Shown here piece by piece: positions 1-10,390 of a stretch of DNA of 64,000 nt. The position numbers and the translations under genes were made by a program. The notes under the pieces were generated by a model, which did no database searches, was not told where the DNA came from, and was given only the letters and a program-made list of their open reading frames with translations. Position 1 is the stretch's first letter. Every line of letters begins with the position of its first letter. The stretch comes from an uncultured Ignavibacteriales bacterium (lineage in GTDB: Bacteria; Zixibacteria; MSB-5A5; GN15; FEB-12): contig CAZTBP010000006.1 in assembly GCA_964612145.1 (NCBI GenBank), positions 47,044-111,043 of the forward strand, read 5' to 3'.

Positions 1-1385
1 CCGCCCTGGAATAAATGCGCCACGAGAAAAGTCAGATCGGACATATCCAAAGTCTCGGATAGGTCCACATCACCTGGGTAATACCAACCACCAACCATAA
101 AAGCGATTTCCCAGGTCCAGTCCGGCGGGTGCTGCTCTTCCCACAGAACGTAGACCAGATCGCCCTGTCCTCCCAATATTGGCCGACGGGCGGGATCGAT
201 CTTGTCGACAATCTCCATCTCAGGAGACCAGGTTGCTCCCCGATCATGAGAGTATCGCATATAAAGAGCAAAATCCGGAGAGCCGTTTTCACGGCAGTCG
301 TTCCAGACGGCGTACACCCGATTAGTGTCAGCCCAGAAATTGCTATTATAGGTACATGGTGCGGTAGACAGACTTCTAATTGGTTCCCAGGTCCGTCCGG
401 CATCCACGCTGCGCCGGTAGAAAAGATAGCCATACCAACCCGCCGGCGCACCGTCAAAATCAAACCAGCCCGCGTGAATGTCAGAAAGGCCGTTTGACGT
501 AGCATAAGGTAACTGGCTCGCAAATTCATCAAAAGAGGATAGGTAGATGTCATCTGTCCAGGTCAAGCCGGCGTTGTAGCTTTGCGTCAGGGCAACGTCA
601 AAACCATAATCAACCGGATGGACGATTGATAAAGCGGTATCCGTGGAAAAAAACGAAAAAGGACGGCCGGCAAGTGTGCCTGCTCTGGTTAAATCAGTCC
701 AGGTGTTTCCATAATCAGCAGACAGCTTGAAATCCAGGAAATTGGCTAAATCGAAGCCATCCGCGGTCATATAACACAACCAAATCGAATCATTGCGCGC
801 GAGCAGATGCGGTAAGTGATAAGTTCGTGTAGATGAGTTTGCAGAAATGAGAGTCGTGTCGGCAGTACGTCTCGCCTCTAAGTAGTCTTTGTCGTAAACC
901 AGTTCATTCAAATATATACTGTCATTTCTCGTGCGAGTATAAGACGTGCGTATGGTATCGTTCAGAAAAACCGCCGAAAGATCGCCGGCATCACCGCTGC
1001 CGGTGCTGTCGAGCCAAAATGGCTCAGACCAGGTGAGTCCACTGTCAAGAGAATATGCCCTAAACACACTCCAATCACCCTGACTGCCAAAATGGGGAGA
1101 AAACGAAGCGTATAGGAAAGAATCTGTCACTAAGAGATGCGCATATACGGTGCGTACCGGCGGCGACAGCACCTGCTTGTGGCCAAGCCAGAACTTCTTC
1201 TCATAGCTGTTCGTATCAACATCAACAAACGGGACCGAGGGACCGGAAGCCTTCAGGCCACCGTGGTTGTACAGTCTGCCGGACAGACTATCATCTGATC
1301 GATCAAATGCTGATACACTGCTACTGTAGAATAAAACGACGATCGCTGATACAATGAGAAATAGATGAACCTTGGGCTGCCTCAA
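1..1385 (-). CDS. Secreted BNR/Asp-box beta-propeller protein with C-terminal dockerin-like domain (3' end runs off window; absent from ORF track)
   Basis: Manual translation: AGGAGG RBS + TTG at 1385, signal peptide MRQPKVHLFLIVSAIVVLFYSSSVSA, open frame to base 1. Asp-boxes SLDSGLTW, SADYGNTW, SYNAGLTW, SVDAGRTW, SHDRGATW; ends YPGDVDLSETLDMSDLTFLVAHLFQGG (dockerin-like). Confidence 0.85.
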   Translation of the reverse strand, partial: MRQPKVHLFLIVSAIVVLFYSSSVSAFDRSDDSLSGRLYNHGGLKASGPSVPFVDVDTNSYEKKFWLGHKQVLSPPVRTVYAHLLVTDSFLYASFSPHFGSQGDWSVFRAYSLDSGLTWSEPFWLDSTGSGDAGDLSAVFLNDTIRTSYTRTRNDSIYLNELVYDKDYLEARRTADTTLISANSSTRTYHLPHLLARNDSIWLCYMTADGFDLANFLDFKLSADYGNTWTDLTRAGTLAGRPFSFFSTDTALSIVHPVDYGFDVALTQSYNAGLTWTDDIYLSSFDEFASQLPYATSNGLSDIHAGWFDFDGAPAGWYGYLFYRRSVDAGRTWEPIRSLSTAPCTYNSNFWADTNRVYAVWNDCRENGSPDFALYMRYSHDRGATWSPEMEIVDKIDPARRPILGGQGDLVYVLWEEQHPPDWTWEIAFMVGGWYYPGDVDLSETLDMSDLTFLVAHLFQG

Positions 1386-1646
1386 GCCGCCTCCTATTGG
1401 CTGTATTCACTCCTATGATACGCAATATTTGCATACTCGCAAGTAGAATATGGACCAACGCCACCTTTGCGTCCGGCGCCCTGCCTGTGGCTCTGCTGCT
1501 AAAGGCCGCGTCAACCTTGGGTGTCAGGTGCTCTGCCTGATACACTCAGACGAACCTCCCCGCAATGTCATTCCAGCGACCTCGACCAAGTCACAGTGAG
1601 GAGGCTCAAACCATGACTCTTGCGGCGTACCTACACCACTTCCCCC

Positions 1647-2681
1647 CTATCCCAGCAAATCCCCCACCGCGGCTGCCACCATCTCCACCGGAATCAGTTT
1701 CATACACTGCATGTGCTCATCCCCCTTCAGCGGACACTTGTTCCGCTCGCACGAGATGCATTCCAGATGCTCCAGATAAATTAGCTTCTTTTTTGCCGCC
1801 AGCGGCGATGTCGCCTTGGGATCATCCGCTCCCGACAGCACCACCACCGGCGCGCCCACCGCCGCCGCCAGATGCGCCGGCCCGGAATCGTTGCCCACAA
1901 ACACTTTCGCCCGCGACAGGATCCCCGCCGCCTCCCGGATACTCGTTTTCCCGGCCAGATTGATGACCTCTTTCGTGGAAGTCGCCGCCGCAATAGCGTC
2001 GCCATCGGCCCGGTCATCGGCCGACCCGATCAGCACCACCTTCAGCGCATGATCGGCGATCAACCGCTTGATCAACTCGGTATAATTCTCCCGACCCCAG
2101 CGCCGCGACTCGGCCACCGCCCGAAACGCAATCGCCGCGTACTTGTCCCGCTGGGTGACCCCGAACCCGTTGAGCAGTTCGATCCCCTCGGCGACGTCGT
2201 CATCGGACAAGAACAGCTTCGGCTTAACGTAGGGAAAGTCCTCGCCGGCCCCCCGCCGCAGCAGGTCGAAGTACAGCTCGCTCCGATGTTTGGAATTCAA
2301 CGGTTCCGGCAGCGCCAGCGGCCTGGTCAGAAGCAGCCGACGGCCGTCGGCGATATACCCGATCCGCTCCTTCACGCCGCCCAGCTTGAACCCGGCCGCC
2401 GAGCCAAACGACGGCGGTAGGATATAGCCGACATCAAAATGCTTGTCCGCAATTAAATCCTTGATCTTCACCACCGCCATCAGCCCGTGCACATGCTCGG
2501 GCGGCAACGGGATGACGGCATCGATTCCGGGATTAGGTCGAAACAACTCGGCCAGGTGCCGTGGCGCCAGAAGGGTGATCTTCGCGCCCGGGTAGGCCTC
2601 ACCCGCCTGGTTGATCGTCGGCAGGGCCATGACACAGTCGCCGAGATGATTCGGCGTCCGAATGAGGATACTTTTTGCCAT
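1647..2681 (-). CDS. waaF: Lipopolysaccharide heptosyltransferase II (GT9)
   Basis: ILIRTPNHLGDCVM, GNDSGPAHLAAAVG and NLAGKTS motifs of GT9 heptosyltransferases. Confidence 0.88.
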   Translation of the reverse strand: MAKSILIRTPNHLGDCVMALPTINQAGEAYPGAKITLLAPRHLAELFRPNPGIDAVIPLPPEHVHGLMAVVKIKDLIADKHFDVGYILPPSFGSAAGFKLGGVKERIGYIADGRRLLLTRPLALPEPLNSKHRSELYFDLLRRGAGEDFPYVKPKLFLSDDDVAEGIELLNGFGVTQRDKYAAIAFRAVAESRRWGRENYTELIKRLIADHALKVVLIGSADDRADGDAIAAATSTKEVINLAGKTSIREAAGILSRAKVFVGNDSGPAHLAAAVGAPVVVLSGADDPKATSPLAAKKKLIYLEHLECISCERNKCPLKGDEHMQCMKLIPVEMVAAAVGDLLG

Positions 2682-4168
2682 TACCCTGTAAACTTGGCGT
2701 CCAGATCATAGATGTCAACGAGATAATTCTGGAGCTCTTCGAGATACTTCTTGCGTGACTCAAGGTGGGCCACGCTGCTTTCGAGATATTCGATTTCCGA
2801 AATTTCGCCGTTGTCAAACCGCTTCCGGGCAATTGCCAGGCGGTCCCGCGAGACGTTGATCTGCTTATCAAGCACCTCCAGCTTGCGATATGAGACATTG
2901 ATCCCCTCGATCAGATTCACGATCTCCGCCCGCACGACTTTCCGCTGACGATCCAGCTCTATCATCGCCTTTTTCGCTTCCAGTTCCTGGGCGCGGATCT
3001 CGGCCGCGCTGGCCCCGCCATCCCACAGCGGATACGAGAACTCGACCCGGACTTCCCAGGTATCGAGGTTCAGCCTGCTGGTCCTGTTCAGGCTGTCGTG
3101 ACCGCTGAATTCCGTCTCGACATCACCGGCGTCTTTTTGATAGTTGGCCGAGAGCGTTCCCTGAATCCCGGCCGAGGAGGCGGCATAATCCGCGGCCCGT
3201 TCCGCTTTGCGGTATGCGCACTCCGCCTTGCGTATCGGCACCGAGTTATCCGCCGCCGCCAGTAGCCTCTCCCGCTCATCCCCGATCGGGTCCGGAATCA
3301 CCGCCGGCGGGAATAGCTGCAGATCGCGGTAGTCATCGATATCAAGTAAGATCACCAAATCCTGCATCTCCTGCGACCAGTCGCGCTGCGTGTCATACAC
3401 CGCCAGTTCGGCATCCAACCGCTCCGACGACGATATCAGCCAGTCCTCCTCGGACACCACACCATCTTCCAGCTTCAGGGAGTCAATCTCCGCCTTCAGC
3501 GTGGCCGACCGGAGCTTCTCCTCTGTAATCTTCTTTTCAATTTCCAGGGCAAGCGCACCGACGTACAGATTGGTTACGTCCTGCTTGAGCGTCGAGATTT
3601 CCTCGTGCCGATTCAACTCGGCGATTGCCAGATCATCCTTGCGGTTATTCAGGGCGTGTTTCGCATCCGACGGCTGCAGCAACGGCTGTTCAAGCGAAGC
3701 CGAGAAACGTCCGGTTCGCTCGAGCTCGTCGGCGATAAAACCGTCGCGATTCGGGTACTCCTGCGAGTTCCGGTTGAGCCACGCCCGGAGATCCAGCGTA
3801 CCGCCGGTAAACAGGCTCTGGTTTAATCCGATAAACGTGTTCAGATTGAGCGATTCCCGCAGTCCGACTTCCTTTTGACCGCCACCACCCTCCGGAAAGG
3901 TGTATTCTTCGGCCGACCGAAGCGCCGGGAGTGTGCCATTTAGCGTAATCTCCGGCAGATAGAAATTCACCCGTTCGGCCTGGTACTGCCGCTCGGCTAC
4001 CTCAAGATTACCCCGAATGATCTCCGCCTGGCTCGACCCGGACTGCGCAATGTCCAACGCTTCTTCGTACGTGAGGTCGCGCGCCGACAACGCCGGCGAC
4101 AGCACTACCGCGACCCCGATGATCAGCAACCCTCGGCTTACGATTTGCCGCCAACCGATCTGACTCAT
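2681..4168 (-). CDS. TolC-family outer membrane efflux protein
   Basis: Signal peptide, long helical repeats, FSYPLWDGG and RFDNGEISEIEYLES motifs; operonic with MFP and ABC permease. Confidence 0.85.
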   Translation of the reverse strand: MSQIGWRQIVSRGLLIIGVAVVLSPALSARDLTYEEALDIAQSGSSQAEIIRGNLEVAERQYQAERVNFYLPEITLNGTLPALRSAEEYTFPEGGGGQKEVGLRESLNLNTFIGLNQSLFTGGTLDLRAWLNRNSQEYPNRDGFIADELERTGRFSASLEQPLLQPSDAKHALNNRKDDLAIAELNRHEEISTLKQDVTNLYVGALALEIEKKITEEKLRSATLKAEIDSLKLEDGVVSEEDWLISSSERLDAELAVYDTQRDWSQEMQDLVILLDIDDYRDLQLFPPAVIPDPIGDERERLLAAADNSVPIRKAECAYRKAERAADYAASSAGIQGTLSANYQKDAGDVETEFSGHDSLNRTSRLNLDTWEVRVEFSYPLWDGGASAAEIRAQELEAKKAMIELDRQRKVVRAEIVNLIEGINVSYRKLEVLDKQINVSRDRLAIARKRFDNGEISEIEYLESSVAHLESRKKYLEELQNYLVDIYDLDAKFTG

Positions 4169-4225
4169 TTGTCTATCCTGCCTTAGTTATTGAATCTGTT
4201 TTACTCCGGGCAGTCACGCCGCCGG

Positions 4226-5527
4226 TTATTCATATCGAAGTGAATCTATTACATCCAGTGAAGCTGCTTTGCGGGCCGGATACGCCCCGAAAATCACACC
4301 CACAGCGGTGGAAACACCAACCGCCAGGATGATGGAATACGGTGCGACAATGGTCGGCCAGCCGGCATAAAATGAAATCGCCTTGGACAAGATCAGGCCA
4401 ATGGCAACACCGGCGGCACACCCCACCAGGCAGATCATCACCGCCTCGATCAAAAACTGCCGCATAATATCACCGCGGGTCGCCCCGACTGCGCGACGGA
4501 TCCCGATTTCGCGGGTCCGCTCCAGCACCGTCGCCAGCATGATATTCATGATCCCGATCCCGCCGACCAGCAGAGAGATCCCGGCAATGGCGCCCATGAC
4601 GATATTGAAAATCTGCTGGGTCTTCTCAGTCTGGCGAAGCAGTGACTCCGGAACCACAATTTCATAATCCAGCACCCCGAAGTGCCGCCGCTGAAGGATC
4701 CGCTCCACTAACGTTGTCACCGCCGGAACGTACTTGAGATCCGTCACCGTCACCGTTAACTGGTCAAGTTCCGGCGTCTGGTATTTTTGTTCTTCCTCTT
4801 CGTTGGAGGATCGCCAGAAACTCACCCGCTGTTCCCCGGCCGCCGGTACCCGTGGAAGTTTCTTTACGGCCGTGGCAAACGGAATATAAATATCATCATT
4901 GAGGTTCTTTAGCTCAAACCCCTCGACCTTGCCCCGCGCGATATACTTATCCGCCATCACACCCACGACTGTAAAGTTAAGGTCCCCGATCCGGACATTC
5001 TTTCCGATCGGATTCGAAAACGCAAACAGCGCCCTTTTTGCCTTGGCCCCCAGCACGCATACCTGTGAGAAATTCTCATTATCGCTGTCGGTGATAAAAC
5101 GACCGTCAGCTACCTCAACCGAGGAGGAGTAGACATAGTCCGGTAACGTCGCGACAACCCTGGCCGAGGCTTCGTTCGACTCGTGAAACACGGTCCCGAT
5201 TGCCTCAAACCGCTGCGGCACGATATTCGCAACGAGGTTGTCAAACTCAGCGATGTTGCGGGCGTCCTCCAGACTTAAACCAGGAGACCGCGCCATCCCG
5301 GCATCGGAACTAAACGATTCATCCGGTACGCGAGCGTTGATTATGACATTGTTGATTCCCAGGATTGAGATCTGCTGCAGCGCCTCCTGCTTGGCCCCCT
5401 CACCAATGGACAGCATAGAGATAACCGCCCCGACCCCGAAAATCACTCCGAGCATTGTCAGGAACGTGCGCAGCTTGTGCCCCGCCAGAGAATCCAGCGA
5501 TATTTGAAAAACCCGTTCGTAATTCAT
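4226..5527 (-). CDS. MacB/FtsX-family ABC transporter permease
   Basis: LRTFLTMLGVIFGVGAVI, GGIGIMNIML...ERTREIGIRRAVGA, GAYPARKAA motifs. Confidence 0.92.
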   Translation of the reverse strand: MNYERVFQISLDSLAGHKLRTFLTMLGVIFGVGAVISMLSIGEGAKQEALQQISILGINNVIINARVPDESFSSDAGMARSPGLSLEDARNIAEFDNLVANIVPQRFEAIGTVFHESNEASARVVATLPDYVYSSSVEVADGRFITDSDNENFSQVCVLGAKAKRALFAFSNPIGKNVRIGDLNFTVVGVMADKYIARGKVEGFELKNLNDDIYIPFATAVKKLPRVPAAGEQRVSFWRSSNEEEEQKYQTPELDQLTVTVTDLKYVPAVTTLVERILQRRHFGVLDYEIVVPESLLRQTEKTQQIFNIVMGAIAGISLLVGGIGIMNIMLATVLERTREIGIRRAVGATRGDIMRQFLIEAVMICLVGCAAGVAIGLILSKAISFYAGWPTIVAPYSIILAVGVSTAVGVIFGAYPARKAASLDVIDSLRYE

Positions 5528-6816
5528 CAGCCGCCGCGATTACCCCGTCTGCGGCCCTCGCCTGCCGGCGGTTTTGGTCGCTCCTTGTTCAGTTCCGGCT
5601 CCTCGGCGACTTCGCCCGGAAGCCCCTGCTCATCAAGCGTCGGGTCGGCCAGGCAAATCTCTTCGGTTCCCTCGAGCCCCTCTCTGACCTCGATATACAT
5701 ATCGTTGCGGCGCCCCACCGCAACTTTGCGCTTCTTGCCGTTTTCGAGGAATACGACCGTCGTATCATCTCGCTCGAATACCGCTTCCAGCGGCACCGAC
5801 ACGACATCCTGAAGCCGGTCGACTACGATCTTGCACGAGGCCGACATACCCGGCTTCAGCCGGTCATCATCGGAGAGGATATCAATCTCAACATCGAACA
5901 CGTTGATCTTCGACCCCGGCTCTTTGCGCCGCGCCAGCGTGCCCTTACTGGCGACCGTGCCGGGGAACTGAACGTCCGGAAAAGCGTCCAGCACAACGAT
6001 TGCTTCCTGACCCACTTCAACCTTGTTGGCGTCGACCTCGGACACTGTCGTCTCCACCATCATGTCTCCCAGGTCGGGAAGATTGATCAAGCCCTGCCCC
6101 GGCCACGGTGAGTCCCCCTCCTGCACTTTGTCCATCGAGCCCCCCTTCCAGATCTCGAGATACACCACCAGCCCCGGGATCGGCGCATCGATTGTCATCT
6201 GGTCCAGCTCCCGCTGCGCCTTGTTGACCTTCTCCCGTGCCCGATCGACTTCGACCTCGGCCTTCTGGACGTCGGCCCGAAGCTGATCCAGCTTCGCCTC
6301 AAAATTCAGCTCGGCCAGCTCCATCTCCATCTTGGCCTCTTCGGCCACCCGAGGAGCCTCGTACTGCTTTTCAAGATAGTTCCGGCGCGCCTTCTCCAGG
6401 TCAAGCTTGAGCTGCTTCTCCTGAATCGTGTATTCCTGGTTCGCCCGTTCCAGCGCCGCCCGGGCAATCTTCAGATTGGTTTCGTTTTCCTGGAGTTCCG
6501 TCAACTGCTCGGAGGCGTCGAACTTGATCACCGGATCCCCCTTCTCGACTGTGGTTCCCTCCGGCGCCATCCAGGTAATCTGAAGCCCGCGAATCCGCGG
6601 CGACGACAACGTCACCGCCCGCTTGGCCTTGACCGTGCCGTTTTCATCCAGCGCAATCACCATCTCGCCGCGTTTTGCATATGTCGTAGGGATATTTGCC
6701 GAGGTTGCAAAAATCGCATTAACACCGATCCAACCTACCAGAATCACGGCCAGTGCCAGACCGGCATAGATAGCTTTTCTCAAAATGTCCCGTCCTTTAG
6801 ATCGTTCCCTTGGCAT
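5527..6816 (-). CDS. Efflux periplasmic adaptor (MacA/HlyD-like MFP)
   Basis: N-terminal TM, biotinyl-lipoyl halves (GTTVEKGDPV, IDAPIPG), coiled coil, LKPGMSA. Start uncertain (ATG 6816 or TTG 6783). Confidence 0.88.
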   Translation of the reverse strand: MPRERSKGRDILRKAIYAGLALAVILVGWIGVNAIFATSANIPTTYAKRGEMVIALDENGTVKAKRAVTLSSPRIRGLQITWMAPEGTTVEKGDPVIKFDASEQLTELQENETNLKIARAALERANQEYTIQEKQLKLDLEKARRNYLEKQYEAPRVAEEAKMEMELAELNFEAKLDQLRADVQKAEVEVDRAREKVNKAQRELDQMTIDAPIPGLVVYLEIWKGGSMDKVQEGDSPWPGQGLINLPDLGDMMVETTVSEVDANKVEVGQEAIVVLDAFPDVQFPGTVASKGTLARRKEPGSKINVFDVEIDILSDDDRLKPGMSASCKIVVDRLQDVVSVPLEAVFERDDTTVVFLENGKKRKVAVGRRNDMYIEVREGLEGTEEICLADPTLDEQGLPGEVAEEPELNKERPKPPAGEGRRRGNRGG

Positions 6817-6859
6817 CGTACTGCTCGCATGTGGCGGTGTCACCCAAGACACCGCCTGC

Positions 6860-7786
6860 TCAATTGTCTTTTACTGCCTTATCAGCCGCAAAGTTGCTTT
6901 CTTTTTCCCGGACTTTCCACCGACGATGCGTCCACATCCACTGGTCCGGGTACTTCCGAATCCGCTCTTCATAGAACCTATGCAGTGTTCGCGTCATTTC
7001 GTCAACGTCCTTTTCCTCGTCGCCGCTGTTTGGCGGGTAAATCGGTTTCCCGGCCATCACGACATGACGGTCATAACGTTCCCGCCGAAGCAGTACCGGC
7101 AAAAGCGGCGCGCCCGATTTCACCGCAAACAGGGCCGGCCCGCGATGCACCCGGGCCGTCCGCCCCAAAAACGGCATTTCCAGCCCGCTATGGCTGTGCT
7201 GGTCAGCGGCAATCCCCACCAACTCATTTGCTCTTAACGCCTTGAGAATTCCCCGGGCGGCCACGTTGTTGGGAATTACGCCCGCTCCAAACGCCTCCCG
7301 AAAGCGGGTCACCAGCGCATCGATCTTCGGATTCTTCTGCACCGTCACCAGATACCGCATCGGATGACCCATCGCCGGGTACCATGCCCCCTGGTACTCC
7401 CAGTTGCCAAAGTGCGCCGTGCAGATAATCCCGCCGTTTCCCCTCTTCCGCGCCTGTTCAACATATTCCAGTCCCTCCCCGACCACAATGTCGCGCAGTC
7501 CTTCCTTACCGACTTTCTCCGCCCGAACCAGCTCGATCAACGAGCGCGCCATATTTTCAAATACGGTACGCACCAAGAGCAGCTGTTCCTCGTCGGTCAT
7601 GGCGCCGCCAAGGTCCGACCGGCGGATATTTCCCAGTGCGACTTCCCGACGATTCCGCCACACGCGATTCACCAGCCTGCCCAGACCGGCCGCAAAGACG
7701 TCGGCTCGTCGTGCCGACATACTCGTGACCAGACCTATCCCGGCCCGGGCCAAAAGATACTCGACCTCGTGGCTCAGCTTCGCCAT
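6860..7786 (-). CDS. Lipid A biosynthesis acyltransferase (LpxL/HtrB family)
   Basis: CTAHFGNWE (HX4D/E), AADQH, QWMWTHRRWK motifs. Confidence 0.9.
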   Translation of the reverse strand: MAKLSHEVEYLLARAGIGLVTSMSARRADVFAAGLGRLVNRVWRNRREVALGNIRRSDLGGAMTDEEQLLLVRTVFENMARSLIELVRAEKVGKEGLRDIVVGEGLEYVEQARKRGNGGIICTAHFGNWEYQGAWYPAMGHPMRYLVTVQKNPKIDALVTRFREAFGAGVIPNNVAARGILKALRANELVGIAADQHSHSGLEMPFLGRTARVHRGPALFAVKSGAPLLPVLLRRERYDRHVVMAGKPIYPPNSGDEEKDVDEMTRTLHRFYEERIRKYPDQWMWTHRRWKVREKESNFAADKAVKDN

Positions 7787-8739
7787 GGTTCGTCGTCGTC
7801 GGTCCGTTCCGGCTTGTCCGGATCGCCGTAATCAAAGTCGGTCGACTGGTATTTTTCTTCCTGTTCCCATTTGCGGTAGTACTGACGGCGCTTCCGATAC
7901 TTCAAAAACGCCCCCACTACTACCACCAAGGCCAGCATCAGCCACAGCCACATGGTATCCGCCAATAGTGTAACGATATTAAAACGACTGCTCCAGTGCG
8001 TCTGAAACTCACGCTCAAAACCGTCATAGTCCGATCCGGTCGACAGCACCAGCGCCTTGTCGTATGACTCCCCGGCCGCAATCGCATCTAAGAACTTGTT
8101 TACCGCTTCGACGCCGTAAAAATCGTAAAAGTAATTAACCGCAATGTGCGACTGGGCGTACGCCACCTGCACCTTGCTCGAATTGAACCGATTCATCTTC
8201 TCAATCTCGCGCAACGGAATATACTGCCCGAAAATCGCCGCCTTGCTTGCCGCCAGGTTGTCCATCCAACTCCACTCAGTCGACACCCGCTGCGCCAGCC
8301 CTTCATCGAACCAGCGCGGCGCCTGGTGGAATCCCGTCCGCTGCGCCAGCGCCAGGTGGGCCAATTCGTGCGTCAGCAACTGATCCAGCGACTTGCCCAG
8401 ATTGAACTCATCCGGCGACTTCACCGCGATCCGCTGCCTCGGCGGATACGCCACCGCCGCCCCCCAGTCCGGGATTCGCCCCCGCACAAGATTCTGAAAT
8501 CGGCCCAAATCGCCAACCAGATGTACGTTTGGTTTATAGACCAGTGAATCCTGAAGAAGATTAATCAGCCGCCGCCGCGCTATCCGCAGCACCGAGTCGG
8601 CCCCGTCGACATACGATGGATTGTCAAAATAGTAAATGAAGTGTTCGGTTTCTATCGGCTCGACATCGGTCGACTGCGAAAAAACCGCTCCGGCCGTGAC
8701 CAGCAGGAGTATCAGGATCGTGAATATCTGGCGTAACAT
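7774..8739 (-). CDS. Peptidase MA-like zinc metallopeptidase, signal peptide and C-terminal TM
   Basis: THELAH (HExxH) and PRWFDEGLA; start refined to ATG 8739 (MLRQIFTILILLL). Confidence 0.75.
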   Translation of the reverse strand: MLRQIFTILILLLVTAGAVFSQSTDVEPIETEHFIYYFDNPSYVDGADSVLRIARRRLINLLQDSLVYKPNVHLVGDLGRFQNLVRGRIPDWGAAVAYPPRQRIAVKSPDEFNLGKSLDQLLTHELAHLALAQRTGFHQAPRWFDEGLAQRVSTEWSWMDNLAASKAAIFGQYIPLREIEKMNRFNSSKVQVAYAQSHIAVNYFYDFYGVEAVNKFLDAIAAGESYDKALVLSTGSDYDGFEREFQTHWSSRFNIVTLLADTMWLWLMLALVVVVGAFLKYRKRRQYYRKWEQEEKYQSTDFDYGDPDKPERTDDDEPWRS

Positions 8740-8826
8740 GCGGCTAAGTATAAGCAAAAGCCGGGGTTCCGGCAAGGCCCGAGCACACGCCGGCAATCGT
8801 AATTCCTGCCCGACATCCGGCATTTG

Positions 8827-8855
8827 TTGACAAAATCGGCGCTTTTTCGTACTGT
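8827..8855 (+). promoter_or_regulatory. sigma70-like promoter for ferritin-like gene
   Basis: TTGACA-N17-TACTGT about 35 nt upstream of ATG 8891. Confidence 0.55.
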
Positions 8856-8890
8856 CTGGCAGACAAAAGAAATCCTGTTAGGAGACTACG

Positions 8891-9394
8891 ATGGACACGA
8901 CCGACATTTTTGCATACGCCATGAAAATGGAAACCGACGGACGAGACTTTTACCTGAAACAGGCCGAAAAGGCCAGCCAGGAACAATTCAAGAAAATCTG
9001 GCTCCAGCTCGCCGAGGATGAACTCAAACACTACAACATCTTCAAGGCACTTCGCGACGGTGAATCGGCCGAGTATAACAAAGAGACCGAAACGACCATC
9101 CTGACCGATGTCAAAAACATCTTCGAGGAAATGAAAGACTCCGGCGAGGAGTTCCATTTCGAGGGCGACATCGAAAAAGCCTGGACTGAGGCCCGCGAGG
9201 TCGAGCGCAAGTCCGAGGACTTCTACCGCGAAAAGGCCAACGACGTCGACACCAAAAACAAGGCGGAAATCCTCAACCGTATCGCCGATGAAGAGCACAA
9301 GCACTTCGTGACACTCGACAATGTCATCCAGTTCCTTACCCGCCCGAAACAGTGGCTTGAGGACGCCGAGTGGAACAACATGAAGGACTATTGA
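8891..9394 (+). CDS. Ferritin-like/rubrerythrin family protein
   Basis: Duplicated E-X(n)-EXXH diiron motifs: METDG...DELKH and VERKSE...DEEHKH. Confidence 0.85.
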   Translation: MDTTDIFAYAMKMETDGRDFYLKQAEKASQEQFKKIWLQLAEDELKHYNIFKALRDGESAEYNKETETTILTDVKNIFEEMKDSGEEFHFEGDIEKAWTEAREVERKSEDFYREKANDVDTKNKAEILNRIADEEHKHFVTLDNVIQFLTRPKQWLEDAEWNNMKDY

Positions 9395-9428
9395 TCGCAT
9401 CGGACGTGTTCGGTCAGTAAAATATGCT

Positions 9429-9460
9429 AACGGGACGCAGGACAAGCGTCCCGTTTTTTT
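9429..9460 (+). terminator. Rho-independent terminator
   Basis: AACGGGACGC-loop-GCGTCCCGTT followed by T tract. Confidence 0.75.
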
Positions 9461-9536
9461 CGGTCCGATAAAGACATCAGCGGACCGATCAAACGAAAAC
9501 GAGCCACAATAGTACCGGAATAACCGGGAGGTCTTC

Positions 9537-10289
9537 ATGAAGCGACTCGACGGGAAAACCGCGCTTGTTACCGGCGCTTCGCGCGGTATCGGCGCTGCCA
9601 CCGCGAAACTCCTCGCCGCTCACGGCGCCGCGGCCATTGTCAATTATGTCAACAATCAAAAAGCAGCCGAGGACGTCGTAGCGGCTGTCACCTCCGACGG
9701 CGGTAAAGCAATTGCCCTGCGGGCCGACGCCCGTGACATCGATGCAGTCACGACCATGGTCAAGAAAGCCACCGCGGAATTCGGCCCGATTGATATCCTG
9801 GTGCTGAATGCCGGCATGGACATTCCGATGAAACCCTTCACCGAGCTGACCTACGATGAATTCCAGACCAAGGTCATGGGCGAACTGGACTGCTACTGGG
9901 CCTCCCTCAAAGCGGTCGTGCCGTCGATGGTCGAGCGCCGCGATGGCTGCATAATCGGCATCAGCAGTTCCCTTTCGCGCTACCCGGCGTCGGGTTTTTC
10001 ATCCCATACGACAGCCAAGTCTGCCGTCGACGGTCTGATGAAATCACTCGCGATGGAACTCGGCCCGCTGAATATCCGCGTGAACGTTGTTGCTCCCGGA
10101 TTGACCCGCACCGACGCCACTTCCCGCCAGCCGCAGGAAGCGTTTGATGCGATCGCCCGGATGACCCCGATGCAGAGGGTGGGCGAGCCGGAGGATGTCG
10201 CGGGTGTAGTCCTTGGGGTTGCGACGAACGAATTCGGGTTTGTCAGCGGCGCGTATATCCCGGTATGCGGCGGGATTTTGATGGTGTGA
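9537..10289 (+). CDS. Short-chain dehydrogenase/reductase (FabG-like)
   Basis: TGASRGIG Rossmann motif, LNAG, HTTAK (YxxxK variant with His), IRVNVVAPG. Confidence 0.88.
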   Translation: MKRLDGKTALVTGASRGIGAATAKLLAAHGAAAIVNYVNNQKAAEDVVAAVTSDGGKAIALRADARDIDAVTTMVKKATAEFGPIDILVLNAGMDIPMKPFTELTYDEFQTKVMGELDCYWASLKAVVPSMVERRDGCIIGISSSLSRYPASGFSSHTTAKSAVDGLMKSLAMELGPLNIRVNVVAPGLTRTDATSRQPQEAFDAIARMTPMQRVGEPEDVAGVVLGVATNEFGFVSGAYIPVCGGILMV

Positions 10290-10390
10290 TACGGTTCTGC
10301 CAACAGGATAAACCCGCATGGAACACGGGATGCTACTTCTATCGTCCCGTATTTTACTTTTGAATGCTGAATTACCAGATGAAGTAGTGC

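Noticed and set aside
32-553. ORF-track 173-aa minus-strand ORF
   Set aside because: Alternative frame of the real Asp-box/dockerin gene (1-1385); no protein-like features.
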